64,000 bases of DNA, from the NCBI RefSeq assembly GCF_009914755.1, contig NC_060930.1; one strand, 5' to 3'. Every line of letters starts with the position of its first letter. The stretch's first letter is position 1. Source of the DNA: the human T2T-CHM13v2.0 reference genome, Homo sapiens. This document shows, piece after piece, positions 1 to 13,137 of the stretch. Under the pieces are notes generated by a model. It was given only the letters and a program-made list of their open reading frames with translations, was not told where the DNA came from and did no database searches. Both the position numbers and the translations under genes were made by a program.

Positions 1-1130
1 TCTGTTAATACATAAATTCTTGAACCAAGTAGATGGATCTTTCAAATTTTTCTATACATCAAATGCCTTTTACTTTCCAGAATGTCAATTCAAGACACTC
101 AAGAAGCATAAACTGAGAAAACATTATGCATAACGCACTCTGTAACTTTTTTTTTTTGGTTCTTGGTCATTAACATGCCAAAAAAGAGGCAAATGGAAAT
201 ATATTTTTGAAACATATATAGTTTTTCCAGACAAAATAGAGATCCACTTCAAACTATAGCTATAACCTCTAAGTAGGTATGTCATGGACATTCAGGTTTA
301 TTCAAATATACTCATAAAAAGCCAACTGAAAAAGTCAACAATTCCTCAAGTCCAATACAATCTTCCTCCATGGAAGGAACTAGTTTTCAGAACTAGTCTC
401 TGAAGCATAAATTCTCTGAAAAGCCATGACAAAAAAATGAATACTTCTGGTAATAGTTTCGGTATATTCTTGTCCACCTCTATAATGCAGGAGAGACCCT
501 TTTCCCCATGCCAAACAGCAGAAAATGCCCATCCTTATCTAGAGAATCCTTCAGGACCTACCACCTCTAGCTTCATCCTTGAAAAACTATTTCAGAGGGA
601 AAAGCACCTCTACCACAGGAAGCACCAAATTAGTGTATCTAGCAGCAACTTTTCTGTAATGTAATTTTTCATCATCTTTTTTCTCCAATGAAAGTTGACA
701 GCCTCCCTAAAATTCTTAATTACACGTACTTTGAAAAAATTATTCTCCTTTTCATTTAAACAAATAGCTATGATAATGGAAGGTACATCTTAATGTGAAG
801 TTTCTACAACTGTCACTGTCTTATAGACAGATATAAAACAAACATTAAGCTCAACTATAATATAATGTTTTTCTCTGAATGTGGGTAACAAATCAGGTAT
901 ATTTTTTGCTTACCCTGATCAGCCTATGTTTAATATCAAGAAAGTATGAACAGGACTAAAGGGACCCACATTTTTCAAAATTTCAAATCGTCTGGGTAAT
1001 TATTTTAAAAAAGGTTTCCCACATAACGGTGAATCTTCTTATAGTAGTGGTTATCTGTACTCAAATTTATTCACCTAGTATGCTTCGAAAATTAATGCAA
1101 ACCAAATAAACACAGATGTCTAACACCCAC

Positions 1131-1277
1131 CAAGAAGTACTTCTTGCTCTTTGGGGTATATTCTGGATCCCATTCCTCTTCCTTCGGTCTCTTTTGAAAA
1201 GTAGTATTTGAGTTGTTTGGACCAGTATTTGTCCCAGCAAAAACTCCTCTGGCTCTTCCTCTGCCTCTAATTCGAAA
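1131..1277 (-). CDS. BCLAF1: BCLAF1 exon 11 (147 nt, 49 aa, phase 0-0 cassette; [11 protein letters not shown]...KKYFL)
   Basis: Acceptor aatcag|TTT at 1278-1279; donor TTG|gtgggt at 1129-1130; seen inside ORF 1092..1337. Confidence 0.95.
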
Positions 1278-4200
1278 CTGATTAACATTAACAAAGTTGT
1301 TTAGTGATGCAATCAAAAGGTATTTAGTTACATGCAAATTCTAATTTTACTGCAGTAACAAAAAACATATGCCCTAATTTCCTATCTAAATCTCATGGCC
1401 ATTGAGGATGAAAAGGATGGCCATTTTATATCATAGGCAAAAAATTTCTGCCAACTAAAAGTTGAGTAGGTTAAGAAATGATCAACCTAAGTGTTAGAAT
1501 ACTGTACTTTCATGGACTGAACTAATATTTTTAAATAATCAAGTTGTTTTTCCTTTTTACTAGTCAAAAGTTGTCTAATTTCTTTGAATTATCATAGAAG
1601 CCCCAAGTATTCAGCCATACCTATCACCATACAAGCAAAGCTCTTCTCTTTCCCAAATTATCTAATAAATGAACTCCACCAAAACCCAACTAGATACTCG
1701 CTCAAGGTAGGAGTGTGAATCTTGAAATTAAACAGGCAAGAAGATGCACTACCATGGAAGTCATTATATTAATAATTATAACGACTTACAGAAACATGGG
1801 GATAATGTATATGCTATGTGAAATATTTATATGATTTCTATGATTGATACCCATATAAGCAAGGATTTGAAGAAAGCAGGCAAAATGAATGTAACTGTAA
1901 TACAGAGATGAACATACAGGGGTTTTATTAAGGCGTTAAGGTACCTTTTCAAAAACTAAGTGATTAAAGAAATGTTATTACAAATCAGTAACTTTCCTTG
2001 ACTCTTGGTCTTTAAGGACTAGGTACAGTTATTGATCTCGAAGTCAAGAAAAGTACCTAGTTTATACAGATGCTTCTAGACCTCAAAATGGCATTTCTAA
2101 ATGAAGACAGCACTTCAAACACCACTTCATGTTTCAATACTATCTCTGACTTTAGGAATAATGACACACATAACAATCTCTAAATCATGTATATGACCTT
2201 CCTTATGTACAGTACTCTAAGATAAACTCCTACCAAACAATCAAAGATAATTTTTTCACTTACAAAGGTTCCTCGTGGTCGGCTAACTCCTGCAAAGCCT
2301 GAGTATTCTTTCATTTCATGGTGAGTTTTAAATTCTTCTTCTCTTTCCTTCTTACTCTCCTTTTCTTCTCGAGAACTGGGAGAAGAAGGTGATGCTGAAG
2401 AGGATGAAGATCGAGAATGATCTTGCTCTCTTTTATGTTTACTGCAAAATAAAGAAAACAAAAAATGTGATACTTTTAAAAAGATAAAGACCCTGCTGAA
2501 TCTTACAACAGAAGAGATATTTTTCAAGTCAACAACACTATCCCCTAATAAAATTATGTAAATAAAATAATTGGGTGTTAAACTTTGACACAGTCTGTTT
2601 CCATTCTCCTTCAATATGTGTTTTACATCAATAATGAAAAACATGCTAGGGCCTGCCAGTTAGAAAATAGTAGTCTGTAAAGGTCAAGAATAAGGTTCAG
2701 TTCTTTAGTATTTTTAAATTAAGTTATGTCTTTTATTACTTTAATGAAAGGAAGAGAAGAGTAGGAAAAAGTAAGGATGTTCTTAAGGCCAAGTTTCAAA
2801 ATGACTGCAGTTTGTACACCCTGGGTGAAAATAGTTGGTATAGTTTGGGCTATAGTACCATTATAGCAAATAAAAAGCATATGACATTACAAATAACAGC
2901 CATAAATTTAATAACACAAACAAAATCCACCATTTACCTAATGAATAGCAAGGAAAAAGATTATCTATAATACTTTGTGTTCCTATTTGACTCTATGATG
3001 ATCAAATTTACATGATTTAATGCAACACCCGAAAAGGTCATACCTGTGGTTAACTCTTACCACTGCTAACAGTTTCCAAGGAAATATTATTTTGAAAGAC
3101 TAATACACATTGCTATTTCTAGTCCTTCCTCCCCCCCATCTCTCCCATGTTAAACCACTAGATATCAGTTTAAAATTCTTGTACTCTGGGTGTTATGAGT
3201 TGAAAAAGTGCGGAATCAAGCATAACGAACCAAAGTTCTTACACAAACTGTTTCTAGAAATGCACTGCATTGAAGTCCAACCTCCTGATGTAGCCTGGAT
3301 AATAGGACACATTAATTTGTCATTTTTTTTTTCAGTGTTAGCTTGCTATTCCAAAGTTTTTGTCCTCATCCACCATAAGCCGTGTAAAAGACAAATACAT
3401 TTTTGCTGTAAAACAAATAATTTTAATTGTTTAAATTTAAACATTCGATTACACAGTCAAAATTGAAAGCAATTAAGCTGACAATTATTAAAGGCTAATT
3501 AGAAGCTAAAACCTATCTTAGTCAGTTTGAACAATTACCTGTCATCTTTGTAAGATTTGTATTCCTTGTAATCTTTTGGAGTTTTTTCCTGCTTTCTTGA
3601 TCCACTGGATTCCCTGGAGCCCTTGGAATCTCCCCGTTCTTTACTTCTTTCTTTTCTACGGCGATCAATGTCATGCCGAAGGTCAGCAGAGTCACACCTT
3701 AATTTTTTATCTCCCTATAAAAGACAGATATAAAATACAGATTTCAGGGGAGAAATAGAAAAAATATATATACACATATTATAGAGTTAAATTTTATGCC
3801 AGCTTCTAAACTGGCATTTTAGTATCAGAAAATAATGAATCATATAAGATACTATCACTTAGTTTTTGTTAAAAAATGTACTTGACTATTTTTACTAAAC
3901 ATTTGTGTATACAAAGTGCAGTGGGACTGGGGAAATTATTAAAAGCTAATTATCTTGAGAATTTTGCAGGTTTTTATCCAAAACAATCTATAATAAATTT
4001 TTGTACAGTAAATGATACAAATATTTTTTCCACTCAGCACATCCTTATTATCCCTCATCCTTCCAAATGCTGTTTTCAATAGTTGAACAATGACAGATGT
4101 TATAATCTGTAGTTGTAATGTAGCCTTCTACCTAAATAAAAGAGATCCTAACATAATGGTTCTCATTACTTAAGCCTCATTATGATCAAGCTCTTCCCAA

Positions 4201-7200
4201 ATAATCTGACCAACCCAATAAAAAAAAAAACTTCAGAAGTAAGAATTCTATAATTTCCATAACATGCACGTAAAATATTATTAATGAAACCAATTGGTTG
4301 AACAAGGGTAGAAACAAAGCCAGAAAGATATTCGCAATCCTGTACTCAGTATCTTGGGCCATATACTGCCCTTTCTCAATTCAGGTATTGCAACGGACAT
4401 TAGTTTAACTGGGTCACAATTCACCTCCTTCTTGTTCCATTGCTTTTTCAAATACTATATAATTTAGGAAGATGGAAAGAGGCATCTAGGAATGAAGAGA
4501 AATTATACATCAGTAAGATGCTAAGCAATGTGGACATCCTTGCTAGTATTCAACAATAAGTAGTATTTACTCTGGGAAGTCTGGCTATAATATTCATAAG
4601 CATTCATAAAACTGAAAGTACGTATCTCCAAATGATATCAACTACTCACCTATTTGCTCCCAGAGTCACAAAGAAAAAAATCTAATCAAGAGCAAAAAAA
4701 CCTTCCTATTCACCTAGGTATTACCAAGTCCACAAGTAACAAGATAATGTAAATGAAACTACTTTGTAAATTACAAACGATATATACATAATTACATATT
4801 AACATGTTATTCATCCAGACAGGAGGATAAAAACCAATGGCATATCCTCTTGTCTATTCATCAATTATCTCTACTTTTTCTCCTCTGGATCAAAATCTGG
4901 TCTATGTAATGAGGAGAGAAGATACTCACTGTCAGAGCACGAGGACAGACTAAACTGTTGGGAAAACTAAATTAACAACTTTGAACCCAAGATATTATTT
5001 AAGTTAAAAACCAAAAAAAGTATTCACTACTCAGAATCTGTTCTTTCAACATCAATACGCCCCATGCAAAACAAAAACAAAAAAAATAACAGAACAAAAA
5101 AAAACCTTGTTTGTAAGCTCTAGATTCCACATCTAGTAAGTTAATAGCATGCCCTATTAAACTTGTATACTACCACTGTCCATAACAGCTTCTAGTAACA
5201 AACGTGCCTATTTTCAAAATAACCCAATTATTCAACAACTCTGCAAAACAGATGCATTCTCATTTTTCTAATTAGAAAAGCAAGGTTCAAGAGGTTATTT
5301 TCCAAATATCATGTAGATAGTACTTAGTGACAGCCAGAATTGGAACCAAGCAGTACTTCCAAGTCCCCTAATCTCTTCAAAACAGTTGCTCCCTTTCTGC
5401 CTTTCCCCACATTTCTACTACTAGACATTTTATGGCCTGATATAGATTAGTCTACCTGGCAAAGGTCATTTTGAATTGTCAAGAGTATATTGGAGACCCC
5501 TTAACCACTGAATTCCATTCTCACCAAGACCCCTCAATATCTTTCACAGGCTCCTCTCTCATGTTTAAAAGACATTCCCCCAATCCCCAAACATTCCAAG
5601 AGTGACAAGTCTTTGTTCCAAACGTTCATTTGTAAACCAGTTCTTAGAATGCTTATTTCTTAATCCACATCAAAAATGCTCAGTAGCATGGGGATTACTT
5701 CTTGTTATCTGTGAAGAACCTAGAGATATTAATTTAGACACACAAATCGAGAAATATTTACTCTGGCTAATGAATCTCATCTCAAAATTCTAATTTGTAT
5801 CTTTGATTTTATAATTTCCCTTTGTCTACCCACTGATTCTTTACACTTTTCTTAGGACTATTTTTTTTCCTTTCATTAGTGTTTTGAAAAAACACTCTTG
5901 GTTTAAATTTAAGACACTTAGTATAGTGTCACCTTAATTTCTTCCAGGAAGAAACAGTATGTACACTACCATAATATAGTTATGAATTAAAAGTAGAAGA
6001 TATCTATAGACATTTTGCCTTGAGAAACTATATTTGGTACAATATCATTAACTAAGCTGAACTTAACACGAAAAAAAATTACATTCAAAAACATACCTTT
6101 TGATTTTCTTCTTTAAAAACTCTCTCTTCCCCTGCTAAACGGGTATGCTTCCTCAGGGTACTTGGTGAGATGTCAATTCTCCTTAATGTAAAATAAAATA
6201 TATTTTTAGTCATATTATTAACTTTTTGGTTCAAAAACATCCACACGATTATCCATTTTCCTAAGACAGTTATTTCTCTCCCAATCAACTAATTTAGCAC
6301 ACCAAGACTATTAATTTAGTTTATAATACACAATTAAGAAAAAATACCCACAAAGAATGAATTAAAATGCTCCAACCAGATATTTTTATATAGAAGTGAA
6401 GTCTGGCCTTTAAAACATCAAACTTATTTTAGCCATCAAAAATAGAAAAAATGTGTTTTGATTAAACTGGATATGATTTTAAGCATCAACAAACACACAT
6501 GAATAGGATTATTTGCTCCTGTCTTCAGTATTTTTAGATATTCAGTGCCCCTTTAGTTTTATTCTGCACCTTTCCTTTCTAAGTCAGTATTGGCTGCAAC
6601 TACCCAGTGCTTCTTTAGCAGTCATCACCAAAATCACACCAACTGTGTACAAAGTACCAAGTCAGATACTTCATAGCCAATATCACTGTCACTGCCACCC
6701 TGCAAAACTGGCATGATTATCCACATTTTGTATATGAAAAAACTTACGTCCAGAGATTAAGTTGTTCATCACAATGCAACGAAGAGACAAAGTCAGGATT
6801 TCAACACAACTATCTGACTTCAATGCTCATGCTTTCGTTCTCTCTCTCTCACCAAACATTTATTTCACATTTATTTCACTAGAAATTCGAAGGTAACTCT
6901 AGGCCTCCACTGCCCCTCCCAAAAACCAAACTAATTGATAACTATTTAATTCCATACTGCAAAGTAATAAGAGTTAATATTTCAAGTTCTAACAACCAGT
7001 TTCAACTAAGCTGAAAATCAAGAATTATAGAATTTTCAAGACTTTGAAATATATTTATTTAAAGTATAAATGAGGAATAATACTTGTATCAATGACAAAA
7101 ACAAACTTCCAATACAATCTTGTTTTAACAGTGTCTTCCTATCAAAACAACGTTTTTATATGCCAGTTCAGCAGGATACATACCTGTGTATTTCAGGGCT

Positions 7201-10200
7201 CTTTTGCCGAGTACTATGTTCTTCAGTGGCTTTCTGATACGAAGTGAACCGCTCGTTTAGGGTCATTGCAGCTGACTTGAAGTATTGCTCTGTTGATTTA
7301 GAAGAAATACTGTCCGATTAGTTAACTTTACTTTAAGAGAGATTTGTTTGTGACAGAAGGGCATGTAGCAGGTGAAAAGAAAATAAAAATAAGAAACCTA
7401 GCAAAAGAGAATCAAGTGTTACAAGGAACTCCTACCCTTTCAATTTCTTGTACCTCAACAGGAGAGTGTTTCGAAAGTTGCTCACAGGTCCCTGTCAATA
7501 CTACATCTAATCCAAGAGCAATTAATAGATTAAATCAAGAGTCTCTAATTCCACTTCATTAATACACTACTTCCTCAGAACAAAAAGGAACATAATCTAT
7601 GGATGCTCTAATACCTTGCCAATATGAACCAATGACATTACTTCAAGTAATCATTTGCAGAAAACAAAAAACAGGAAAATATGGAGTTAACTAAAAAGCT
7701 TGTTTGGGTCAACTATTAAATTTCATCAGTGACTATATGCTGCCATATCAACAAAAATGGATTTATAAAAACACTGAATATTATCACCCAAATTGGAAAA
7801 ATATTTTTAAATCAATTAACATTCAATAATTACTCCAAAAATCTGGCATCTTGGCAAACCCAACAGCAAATTTGATATTGCTGTTTTGTCTCTCTTTAAA
7901 CAATTTTCAAACTAGTAATATCAATACTGATTATTTTTAAAACCAGTTCAAGATATGTTGTAAATGTAAAATAGAAAGACGTATAAAGTCATGAGCTATG
8001 AAATGTCACATTATGAAGCAAGCTATCTGCTTAACAGGTCAACATACATCTGTTGTCAACTTACCGCCCAATATCCAGCACATGTCTCATAACCAATCAT
8101 TAAAACTTGAAACGGCCACTACAAGGGTAGTGCCTCAATCATAATTCCATGAAACCCAGGAATTTGAGCTAGCAACTCAGTTTTTATGCCATTTTTGCCA
8201 GGAAGACAGAAGATTCAACTTTGCCTGTATCTTTCAACAGCTATTTTACTTTGAAACATGGATTTTGCCATTTCAAAACATATTCCAGGACCTAGTTACA
8301 ATGAAAAAGAAAACATCACTGGGCATTTTCAGCTCTATATAAAGTAAGAGCTGTTCAGATCGGTTGCACAATACCAATTATGAAACATTACTACAGTTCT
8401 TTTAAAAAAAAAAAAAAGAAAAAAGAAAAAGGAAAAAATTTATCAAAACCTGATCTCAAAATTCAGTAATAAATTGTAAAATGTGGAGCTAGGCCAAAAA
8501 AGATTAAAAAATTAAAAAAAAAAGAATGTTTCATATTTTATGTACCACAGTAATATGGTCATAAACTGGTTCACAAACCTACTCAGAGCCAAATAGCAAA
8601 ACTGTCTTGTTACCGTGTTTAAATAATTACAGCCCAAAAGAAATTCATCTAACTATTCACTGTTCTGATGTATCAACTGCATAAAGAACTGCTAGAGGCA
8701 AGTTTCATCTATTACAGTGAGCTGTTCTCATGTCAAACGACAGATTTTTTAAAAGCGGGGAGGGGATTAATTTTAAAGGCCAACAGTCTTTGAAGTTCCT
8801 GAGAAAGAATATGTCTCATAGTAAGTTGCTTTTTAAACACAGAAACAAAACAACAAAAACAAAACTTAACCTAACTGCCCAAAAGACATACTTGAAAATC
8901 TTTGAAAATTATTAGTAACTCTGCAACTATAATTACATACTGGTAAAAATTTAAAAAAAAAAATCATTACTTTAGTTGAAATAAACAACCTTATCTTTAG
9001 GACCTAAAGAAGTGTCATCATTATCCTAATTAGTCACTATTCATGTAATCAGTATTTATATAATATACTTCTAAATTTCTTGAACGTTTTTCCTTTAAAA
9101 ATCCTGATAAATTTTCTTGTTTTATCATTTTAAGATTTTTATGTATAAAAAATTAAGCGCAAAAAAAGTGTTTTTCCACCATTTCAGATTTCTTTAAAAG
9201 TTGAAAAGAAATTCTTAGAAATATTCAATAACAATACTGTCTGACTTTGTTATAAATCTATGCCAAGATTATCACAAGCCATAGGCATGCAATGAAAGAC
9301 TATCTGTAAGCCTTCTGCACTTCAAGTACATTACAATGACATACTTAAAAAACACTTTTAGCATTCAACAAATCTACATCATGTTCTACCATGATACAGA
9401 TTTTTAGCATATGGTTTCTCCAGCATTTCAATTACTTTTTATTAACTATCTTCATAAGTTTCAATGCTAGCAAGACTAGGGACTCTCTTCTATGAAACTA
9501 CTTTTCCAAGTTTTAATAATATTGGATGTATATTTGCTAGCCCTGGGGTACATGAATTATTAAGCATAATTACACATTTTTTTATTTGCATGCAAGAGAA
9601 ATTTAATTCACGATACTAAACATACTAAGCATACCTTTAACATGATGAACCAAGGACACAATGTGTTGAATAAATGACTCTGAAGTGCTTTTGCTGGCCT
9701 GTGGCAACTTAATGTGGTCAAAGATGGATCGGAATTCTTGCTCCTTCTTGACAGAATGGACAAGTGTACTAGCAAGCAGCCTGTCTTTAGTCAAGGAAGC
9801 AGGTCTGGAACATATTGATAACACACACACACACAAAATATACCATTGGTTTAAATATAAAAATGGTATGTTCAGAAAGTTTAAGATAATTAACTGGAAT
9901 ACTGACTGCCCACAGATTATTTACTGGGCATCAATATGGAATTACCTGTTAGAATCATCAAGAGGAACAGGTGCCATTTTGAGTTTGACTTCAGGACGGT
10001 GAGAATCACTCGCTATCATTTTGATCCTAAGTGGGCTTTCCTCTCTGAAGGTAGACTTTTCTCGTGCATCCAGATTCTTGTGTAGAGGGGGACTGTAATC
10101 AAAGAGGTCTTTGAGCTTTTCAGACTTTACCTGCTCAGGTGACTGAGTTTCTTTCTTTACTGTTATTCTTTCAGAATTTTTGTCTTCTTCTTTGTGCTTA

Positions 10201-13095
10201 TCTTTTGTAGTGCTAGGCCTTTCCACTACATATCCAGTCTCTTTAAGTTTATAATTTTTTTCTTCTCTAAATCCATCACTTTCTCTATTGCCTTTCAGTG
10301 AAACTTTGGACTTGTACTTGAGTCCTTCCTCCTCAGTATTCCGGTGAGATGCAGTAGCAAAACTTTTACCCTGATCTGCGAGGACTGACTTCCTGAACTG
10401 TCTATAATCCTCTGTCTCCTCTGTGTCATCCCCTTCTGAATCATTAAACTTTTGTTTTCCAGACTCTTTATCACTGAAGTAATCTAGAGCTTCCTGATCT
10501 TCCCATTCTCCCTCTGCCCTCCCTTTCTCTGATCCTTTCTCTTTTGAAGCCTCTTTATCCCTGGTATTACCCCTATCAAGCAGGAATACTCTAGACTCTT
10601 CATCTGTGAACCTGCGAATAAGCAAAGAAGAGGATAGTAACTCTGGATTGCATTCACTGTAGATCGCTTCCATATTTAAATGTGTTGCCCAATCCCTCAG
10701 GACCAGCAAGAGAGAAAATAACCCTATTGAAAAGTGCTTTTTCAGATTCCACTTTTAAAAATCATTGAAAGCATCCATATAGAACTTATGTACTGACTTT
10801 TAAAATAAATTTACATTTGACTTCTGAAGTTTAAAACACAAAGCCAATCACAAAAACCTGTCCTATTTAGTCACAATCCACAATTCTGCACTAACACGAA
10901 CTTCTAGAGATTGCCTAAATTTAATTTTTGAAACTAAGAACCACTAATAGATAATACATTGTTAGAATTCTATTGATAATTATCCCCAAAATTCCAGATA
11001 TTATCTATTAATATAAACAAGAGTTCACACAAATGGATTTAATTACCACTGCAGTAATTTAATACTTTATGAAAATCACAGAACAGTTCATATAAACTTG
11101 CTCTAGAAAAATAATGATTTCTGGCACTATTTCATAGAAACTAATGATCAGTTCAATCATAAATTCTAGATTGTGCAGTGCTATTCCACAAACAGCATGT
11201 TTCCTCTATTTTCTCACTTTTAAGTCAAATCACAATACATGAAGCAACCAATTTTCACTGTTAGCAACTTTCAGCAACACTTGAAATCAGAATTTAAACA
11301 ATGTATCTGTTTCAAATGTCATTAGTCAGTGAGAAATACCATTACCTTTTGTATAGTCAGGCTGAAATCATTAAATATTGACAGCCAGACTGTTTATGCC
11401 ACCTAAGAACATGCAATATAGCTGCATTATTTATGTAGGTCACATTCTAATAGTGAAAAGAACAAAATAAGCCTTCAATGCTTTAAGAAACTTAATTTCT
11501 AAAAGGTTTACAGTTATTAGCAACATATATCATTTAGTTATGCTCTAAGCTACTCAACTTCTCCTCATCTGTATTTTTAATTCTGGACCGAAAATGGTAA
11601 AATTAAGAGGAGGGATAGAAATTAGGTTTTTTTAATTCTTTTTAAAGAGACAGGGTCTTGCTCTATCGCCCAGGCTGGAGTGCAGTAGGCGCAATCATAG
11701 CTCACCACAGCCTTGAACTCCTGGGCTCAAGAGATCCTCCCGCCTCAGCCTCCTGAGTAGCTGGATAAATTAATTTTTATTAAAACACTTAGCTTCCAAA
11801 GTTCACCAGATAAGAGTAAAAACAATTTGGAATTATCTTAAAATGAAGGAAGTCAAGAGTAAAAAACCGCTAGTTAAATACATATCACAATTTTACGTTT
11901 ATAATTCCAAACAGAATTCAAAGAACAAAAACAATATTATAATCTAGATTCTGTATTTTAGTTTTTACCTTTTTAAGAACTTCCCAGTCTTTGCAGTTTC
12001 CTGATCTCCACCATCAGGATAAAACGAGGAACGGCCCCTAGACTCATCTCTTGGAGCATTCTGTGGTGCGATTGTCTTTGCAGGACTTCTTCGTGAAGGG
12101 ATGTGATGAATTGGACTATTCTGAGAAGGACTGTATCGACTAGATCCATTTCCAACAGAACCAGACCCAGACCTTTCAGGACTATGCTGAATGGAATGTG
12201 AATGCTGAGAAGGAGTATTTTTTGCAGAGTGAACTGTACTGAGCATGGGAGCATCAGAGCAAGATGAACTCTGACTAGGTGGTGTAGCAATAGGTGAAGG
12301 ACTATGGGGTGATCTAGGACTATTATCATAAGCTGAAAGGCCAGGCCAAATATCACCGGATGTGGCTGATGACTTATTAAATTCATCGATAGACTCAGAT
12401 GGGTCATGTTCAAATGTATCTTTCGGTTCCTCCTGTGATTTACTTTTCAACGGACTCTCTTCTTGGGGTTCCCCTTCAGCTTTTTTGGTTTGTTTTTCCT
12501 GAGACCCTCGTCTTTTAGAAACAGGAGATTTGCTATATGGGGATGAAGAACGAGAAGAGGATGATCTTGGAGACCTAGAAGATCTATATGACCGGCGAGA
12601 TCTGCTTCTGGATCTTTGAGAAGAAACGGATCTTCTTTTTGGACTCCTGGAACGTGAACGACCTCGTCTAGGACTCCTAGAGTGCCTTCTATTCCAGACA
12701 GGTCTATAACCACCTCGATGATATCTACCTCCTCCTCCTTGATAATACCCTCTACCCCTTCCTCTGTACCCATAAGGTCGTCTCATTCCTCTATTATTTC
12801 TGTAATCGCGACGATAATCTCTAGAATACATACGATCTCTACTACGAGACCTTGAATATGTTCTGGAACGAGACCTAGAACTAAAAATGAAATAAATATC
12901 AATGCAAGAAAAATAAAGTATTCCATGCTACCATTCTAAATACTCTGGTTGAATATAACATGTAAATAAACAGTAAAGGCAAAAATACACTTTTTTAAAA
13001 AACTCATCTGTACAAAAGTTAATGGTTTCCAATCAAAAAGCCTCACTAAGGTAAATACTGAGAGAATACCTTAAAGACCTTACAAATGAAGGCAC

Positions 13096-13137
<42 letters not shown>

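Noticed and set aside
361-400. Short hairpins (ttcctccatggaaggaa; actagtt-ttcag-aactagt)
   Set aside because: Stems of 7 bp or less are expected by chance.
4648-4700. Strong donor TAG|gtgagt at 4650 (and TCT|gtaagt near 1790)
   Set aside because: No convincing partner acceptor at exon-like distance; isolated donors are common.
11973-12773. Alternative-frame ORFs (146 aa and 108 aa) overlapping exon 4
   Set aside because: Expected by-products of a low-complexity Ser/Arg-rich exon; no independent start context or known homology.
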